Made by a program: the position numbers and the translations under genes. A stretch of DNA of 27,672 nt from the IMG/VR virus record IMGVR_UViG_3300012665_000361, positions 1-27,672 of that record. One strand, 5' to 3'. Below are positions 24,332 through 27,672 of the stretch, in pieces; position 1 is the first letter of the stretch; every line of letters starts with the position of its first letter. Under the pieces are notes generated by a model that saw only the letters and a list, made by a program, of their open reading frames with translations, was not told the origin of the DNA and did no database searches. Source of the stretch: a virus (taxonomy: Duplodnaviria; Caudoviricetes).

Positions 24332-24769
24332 TTACTTAATTTTTTGCTGTGTATAACGGTTGTACTTTGGTGCTGCTGGTGTTGCCTTAGGCTTAGACTT
24401 TGGCTTTGGTGCAGCCTTTGGTGTTTCCTTATAAGTAATTTTTTCACCTGTCAAGCGGTTATACATAGTCTTTGTTGGTGCTGGTTTAATAGCATTTGGT
24501 CCTTTAGCATCTACCATCTTTGGCTTTGATGTGTTGTTTGGTGTCCCGTATTTACGACGTGTGCTTGGTGCTGCCTTTGCAGCGCCTGCAGAAGCCTTTG
24601 CTGTAGCGGCATCTAAACGGCTTGAACCGTACATGCGCTTAACACCTTCAAGGAATTCTGCTTCGCCTTTTCCACCTTTAGCCTTGAGTTCACCTGCACG
24701 CTTTAGCGCTGCAGCCATACCCTGGTTCTTAATAAAATCAATCATGTCCTGCTTAACTTTAATTGCCAT
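24332..24769 (-). CDS. Lys/Ala/Pro-rich basic protein
   Basis: TAATG coupling gives ATG 24769; KAAPKPKSKPKA tail. Confidence 0.7.
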   Translation of the reverse strand: MAIKVKQDMIDFIKNQGMAAALKRAGELKAKGGKGEAEFLEGVKRMYGSSRLDAATAKASAGAAKAAPSTRRKYGTPNNTSKPKMVDAKGPNAIKPAPTKTMYNRLTGEKITYKETPKAAPKPKSKPKATPAAPKYNRYTQQKIK

Positions 24770-25047
24770 TACCATTTCACCTTATCTGCCCAATATGCGG
24801 CACTCATTTTTCCTTTAGCGATATTGCTTGCATGACGCGCCTTAAAGGATTTGCGACGCGCTGCGTATGATGCAGACTCTCCTGCCTTCTTAGGTGAGCC
24901 AGAAACGCCTTGCTGTCCAAAGCGAATGGTTTTTACTTGGCTACCTACCTTAGCCACAACTACGTGTGACTTAGTAGGGTGGCTTGGAGTACGCTTAGGC
25001 TTGTTATAGCCTGCTACCCCAGCCCGAGTTAATCTTGAGTCTTTCAT
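24769..25047 (-). CDS. Basic small phage protein
   Basis: NKPKRTP.HP.KSH.V....IRFGQQG...RKSFKARH....KGKMSAAYWADKVKW. Confidence 0.8.
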   Translation of the reverse strand: MKDSRLTRAGVAGYNKPKRTPSHPTKSHVVVAKVGSQVKTIRFGQQGVSGSPKKAGESASYAARRKSFKARHASNIAKGKMSAAYWADKVKW

Positions 25048-25280
25048 CTGTAACCTGCTGTCTTCTTTGCGATTGCTTTAGGTTGCTTTACGAACTGCTT
25101 ACCCTTTGCGTTACCCTTGGCCTTAGCCTTATTGGTAGCGGCTTTTTCTGCAGGACTTAATGCAGACCAAGCAGCAGAAGGTAAATATCTTTTCTTGCCC
25201 TTCGACGGCTTGCCATCAGAAGTCTTCCACTTCTGTGCAGTCCACTTCTTGAGTGACTGCTGAGATTTAGCAAGTGCCAT
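25044..25280 (-). CDS. Basic protein, DUF5872-like C-terminal half
   Basis: Q.SLKKWT.QKW.T.DGK....RYLP..AW..LS..EK..TN..K....GKQFV. Confidence 0.75.
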   Translation of the reverse strand: MALAKSQQSLKKWTAQKWKTSDGKPSKGKKRYLPSAAWSALSPAEKAATNKAKAKGNAKGKQFVKQPKAIAKKTAGYR

Positions 25281-25462
25281 TATTTGTAGCCTCCGCCTGC
25301 CTTTTTATATTGAACAGCAAGTAACTGTGCTTTACGCGCAGACCATTCTCCAGGGTCTCCACCTTTTGAACCAGCCTTAATCTTCTTAAACAAAGCAGCA
25401 CGCATACCAGGCTTGGTATAGTTACCAGCAGCGTTTACTTTAGACTTGGCTGCTTTCTTCAC
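25280..25462 (-). CDS. Basic protein resembling the N-terminal part of DUF5872-containing proteins
   Basis: YTKP.MR......KGG.PGEWSARKAQLLA..YKK.GGGY. Confidence 0.75.
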   Translation of the reverse strand: MKKAAKSKVNAAGNYTKPGMRAALFKKIKAGSKGGDPGEWSARKAQLLAVQYKKAGGGYK

Positions 25463-25716
25463 TTCTTCTTAGCCTTAATCTGCTTCCCGGTTTTGTCATC
25501 ATAACGACGACCTTGGAGAAGTGCACCAAATAGTTGACCAAATGCTTTGTCATTTTTATTTGCAGCGTTAGTAGCAGAAACCTGGTCAGCAGGATTTTTA
25601 ATTCCCATTGTGCCATAACGAGCCTTATAGTTTGCACGAGACAACTTATCTGATGCTTGGCTCTTCTGTGACATTTCTTTCTTAAGATTATCTAGATATG
25701 AGATTTTCTTAGCCAT
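25459..25716 (-). CDS. Basic hypothetical protein
   Basis: GGAGG RBS; Lys-rich, 85 aa. Confidence 0.75.
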   Translation of the reverse strand: MAKKISYLDNLKKEMSQKSQASDKLSRANYKARYGTMGIKNPADQVSATNAANKNDKAFGQLFGALLQGRRYDDKTGKQIKAKKK

Positions 25717-25718
25717 GA

Positions 25719-25880
25719 TTACATACCTCCAAATAGTCCGCGCTTTGCAGACTTCTTCGCTGTCTTCTTTGCAGCCTTCTTCTTAGTGCCGTATTCTTTC
25801 ATACGCATAGCAGGTCCCTCTGCCTTTTCATGCTTCTTCTTGGCAGCCATTGACTTGTACTTCTCGCCTTTAACTGACAT
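25719..25880 (-). CDS. Lys-rich peptide (53 aa; below track cutoff)
   Basis: MSVKGEKYKSMAAKKKHEKAEGPAMRMKEYGTKKKAAKKTAKKSAKRGLFGGM. Confidence 0.8.
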   Translation of the reverse strand: MSVKGEKYKSMAAKKKHEKAEGPAMRMKEYGTKKKAAKKTAKKSAKRGLFGGM

Positions 25881-25882
25881 GA

Positions 25883-26023
25883 TTACATGCCCTTCTTGCG
25901 GTTCATAGACTTCTTAGCAGTCTTCTTGACTACCATCTTCTTGCCGGTCTTCTTAGCCGCTGCCTTAGCCATAGCCATACCCTTAGCGGTGTATGCGTAT
26001 TCTTTTCCGTTTACCATTGGCAT
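25883..26023 (-). CDS. Lys-rich peptide (46 aa; below track cutoff)
   Basis: TAATG coupling; MPMVNGKEYAYTAKGMAMAKAAAKKTGKKMVVKKTAKKSMNRKKGM. Confidence 0.8.
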   Translation of the reverse strand: MPMVNGKEYAYTAKGMAMAKAAAKKTGKKMVVKKTAKKSMNRKKGM

Positions 26024-26460
26024 TATATTGCTCCCACTTCCTTGAGTTTAGATACTGTATTGTTCTGGATTATTTCTGTACTACCCATGGTGTTAGCATC
26101 AAATGCCTTACCCATGACGTCAGAAGCACGACGTGCTTCCTGAATCTTTGCCATGCTTGTACCTTCGGGTTGGATTCCCTGTGCTCTTGCCTCGCGGTAA
26201 GCGTTCAGTTCACCCTCCCACTTCTTATTGCTCATGCCCTTGGCGCTATGAGCGTCTCCAGTGCTTAACTGGAGTCCTGCTGCCTTGCAGCCAAAGCAGA
26301 CGTCTGGACCGCCACATTTGGTGTGGTCTACAAAAACGTCTCCCGACACAAACGGAACTGGGGAAGTTTCATCGCAGTTCACACACCCGTACTTTGTAGC
26401 CTTAAAATCGTGAGTGTCAGTGAATCCCCATTCAAGCACCTTACTGATATGTTCACACAT
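26023..26460 (-). CDS. Hypothetical protein with Cys/His metal-binding motifs
   Basis: CEH, CVNC, H..C and CFGC; W..EL.AY..AR.QGIQP.GT. Confidence 0.75.
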   Translation of the reverse strand: MCEHISKVLEWGFTDTHDFKATKYGCVNCDETSPVPFVSGDVFVDHTKCGGPDVCFGCKAAGLQLSTGDAHSAKGMSNKKWEGELNAYREARAQGIQPEGTSMAKIQEARRASDVMGKAFDANTMGSTEIIQNNTVSKLKEVGAI

Positions 26461-26712
26461 TTATATCGTCTCCACCGTATATCCTGCTGCTTCTAGGGCA
26501 GCCTTTTCTCCAGCGCTTACCTCATAGGAGTAGCCACCAATATAAGCAACCTCAGCAGCCTGTACCTCTTCTGATGATGGGTAGCGCATCTCGTAGTACT
26601 CGCCATCTATCTTCAAGACTGAAACGCCTCGTACGAGCCTGTAACGGCTGAATAGACGCCCTTCGCCAGCAGGTCCTTCGCTGATTGTGGGGGTTGTAAA
26701 TCTGTATGCCAT
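26461..26712 (-). CDS. Hypothetical protein downstream of the capsid gene
   Basis: AGGAGG RBS; 83 aa. Confidence 0.8.
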   Translation of the reverse strand: MAYRFTTPTISEGPAGEGRLFSRYRLVRGVSVLKIDGEYYEMRYPSSEEVQAAEVAYIGGYSYEVSAGEKAALEAAGYTVETI

Positions 26713-26732
26713 TTGACCTCCTAAGCCGTTTT

Positions 26733-26768
26733 ATGGATAAGGCTAGAGTTTCCCCTAGCCCCACCCAT
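26733..26768 (-). terminator. Long RNA hairpin after the major capsid gene (attenuator or stabiliser)
   Basis: Minus strand ATGGGTGGGGCTAGGG-GAAA-CTCTAGCCTTATCCAT: 16 bp with 4 G-U pairs and a GNRA loop; no U-tract. Confidence 0.7.
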
Positions 26769-26781
26769 CTAAATACTTAGA

Positions 26782-27672
26782 TTATGGACGGACTGATGAT
26801 GCGGTCTCAATGCGGTATAGCGCATCTTGACGGTACACAGCCCAGTTGATGATACCGTGCCAGCCGACTGGACGGAAACGGTTCAACTTGTCTACGACGT
26901 TACCAAACTCAATGCCTGGTTCCTTCCATACTGCTTCAGCAAGTGCTTGCTGTCCGAGTACGTAAGTGTTGTAAACGCGGCACTTTGGAGTCACTGTAAG
27001 AGTGTTTGTTCCAACTGTACCTGAGTTAGCGACAGATACACCAAGTGTTGTATTTGTTGTACCAACTGTGATAGATGTAATCAAAGCACCTGAACCTACG
27101 TTAGTACCTGAGATAGCATCTCCAACTTCAGCGAGTCCACCAAATGCGCCGTTTGCAACGACGATTGTTGATGCTCCTGAAGCACCTGATACTGCTGGTG
27201 CAGTTGCAAGTGCTGTCTGAGCAGCACCTGTGTTTGAACTTGTCATACGTGGTGTCTCGATGAAACGGACACCTTCCCATGCGCCAAGTTCACCAGCGAA
27301 TAGTGGACCAGCATTCTGGTACTCATGTGGTGTACGCCAGATGTTGTTGCCTGTCTCTGTGCGAAGGTCGTGTGATACTTCTGGGTGGATGTATGAAACA
27401 TACATTCCGCCACGAGTTACAACGTTAGCAGCGCGTAACTTTGTTACAGCGTAGCGAACATCGCGTCCCTTGAAAGTATCTGTTGTTGTGATTGTTGACT
27501 TTGCTGCACTTGTAGAAAGTGAGCCAGCAGCCTCACGGATGACGTTTGTACCTGCATCAAGGATAGCAGCAACACCGTTGTCGAGTGTAGTTGCCATGTT
27601 GAATGCAACTGCGTTAGCAATCCATGGGTCAACATCAGCAAGTGACATAAGTGACAACTTGCGTGTTGGAAG
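26782..27672 (-). CDS. Major capsid protein (5' end outside the window)
   Basis: Frame open to the window edge; L...NV.....YV..IHP.V..DL, GE.G..EGVRFIETP, DKLNRF..VGW and RIET pattern of HK97-fold capsids. Confidence 0.88.
   Translation of the reverse strand, partial: LPTRKLSLMSLADVDPWIANAVAFNMATTLDNGVAAILDAGTNVIREAAGSLSTSAAKSTITTTDTFKGRDVRYAVTKLRAANVVTRGGMYVSYIHPEVSHDLRTETGNNIWRTPHEYQNAGPLFAGELGAWEGVRFIETPRMTSSNTGAAQTALATAPAVSGASGASTIVVANGAFGGLAEVGDAISGTNVGSGALITSITVGTTNTTLGVSVANSGTVGTNTLTVTPKCRVYNTYVLGQQALAEAVWKEPGIEFGNVVDKLNRFRPVGWHGIINWAVYRQDALYRIETASSVRP

Overview
Part of a tailed dsDNA phage genome. The host is most likely an actinobacterium (WhiB, actinophage-type replication and lysis genes, leaderless promoters), and the virion is probably podovirus-like because no tape measure gene lies between capsid and lysis genes. 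There are four modules. (1) 1-4450, + strand: a putative early/host-takeover operon with a near-consensus sigma70 promoter, a Cys-rich amidoligase, a class II glutamine amidotransferase, WhiB and eight small ORFs. Seven copies of the palindrome GCTCGG-(A/T)TT-CCGAGC punctuate it at gene or domain boundaries, two related cUUCGg terminators bracket it, and an iteron-like GTTTGTGT array precedes it. (2) 4584-11251, - strand: replication/transcription genes (Cas4/RecB-like nuclease, DnaB-like helicase, SLT transglycosylase, resolvase, split primase, Nmad1-like protein, HNH, metallophosphoesterase, sigma factor), with no DNA polymerase. (3) 11481-11939, + strand: three small Cys-rich ORFs. (4) 12012-27672, - strand: major capsid (partial), seven consecutive Lys-rich small proteins, tail/fibre genes and a membrane-protein-rich lysis cassette that includes a long Pro/Glu-rich surface protein. 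The most notable feature is the palindrome-punctuated early operon. All calls come from reading motifs by eye; no database searches were run.
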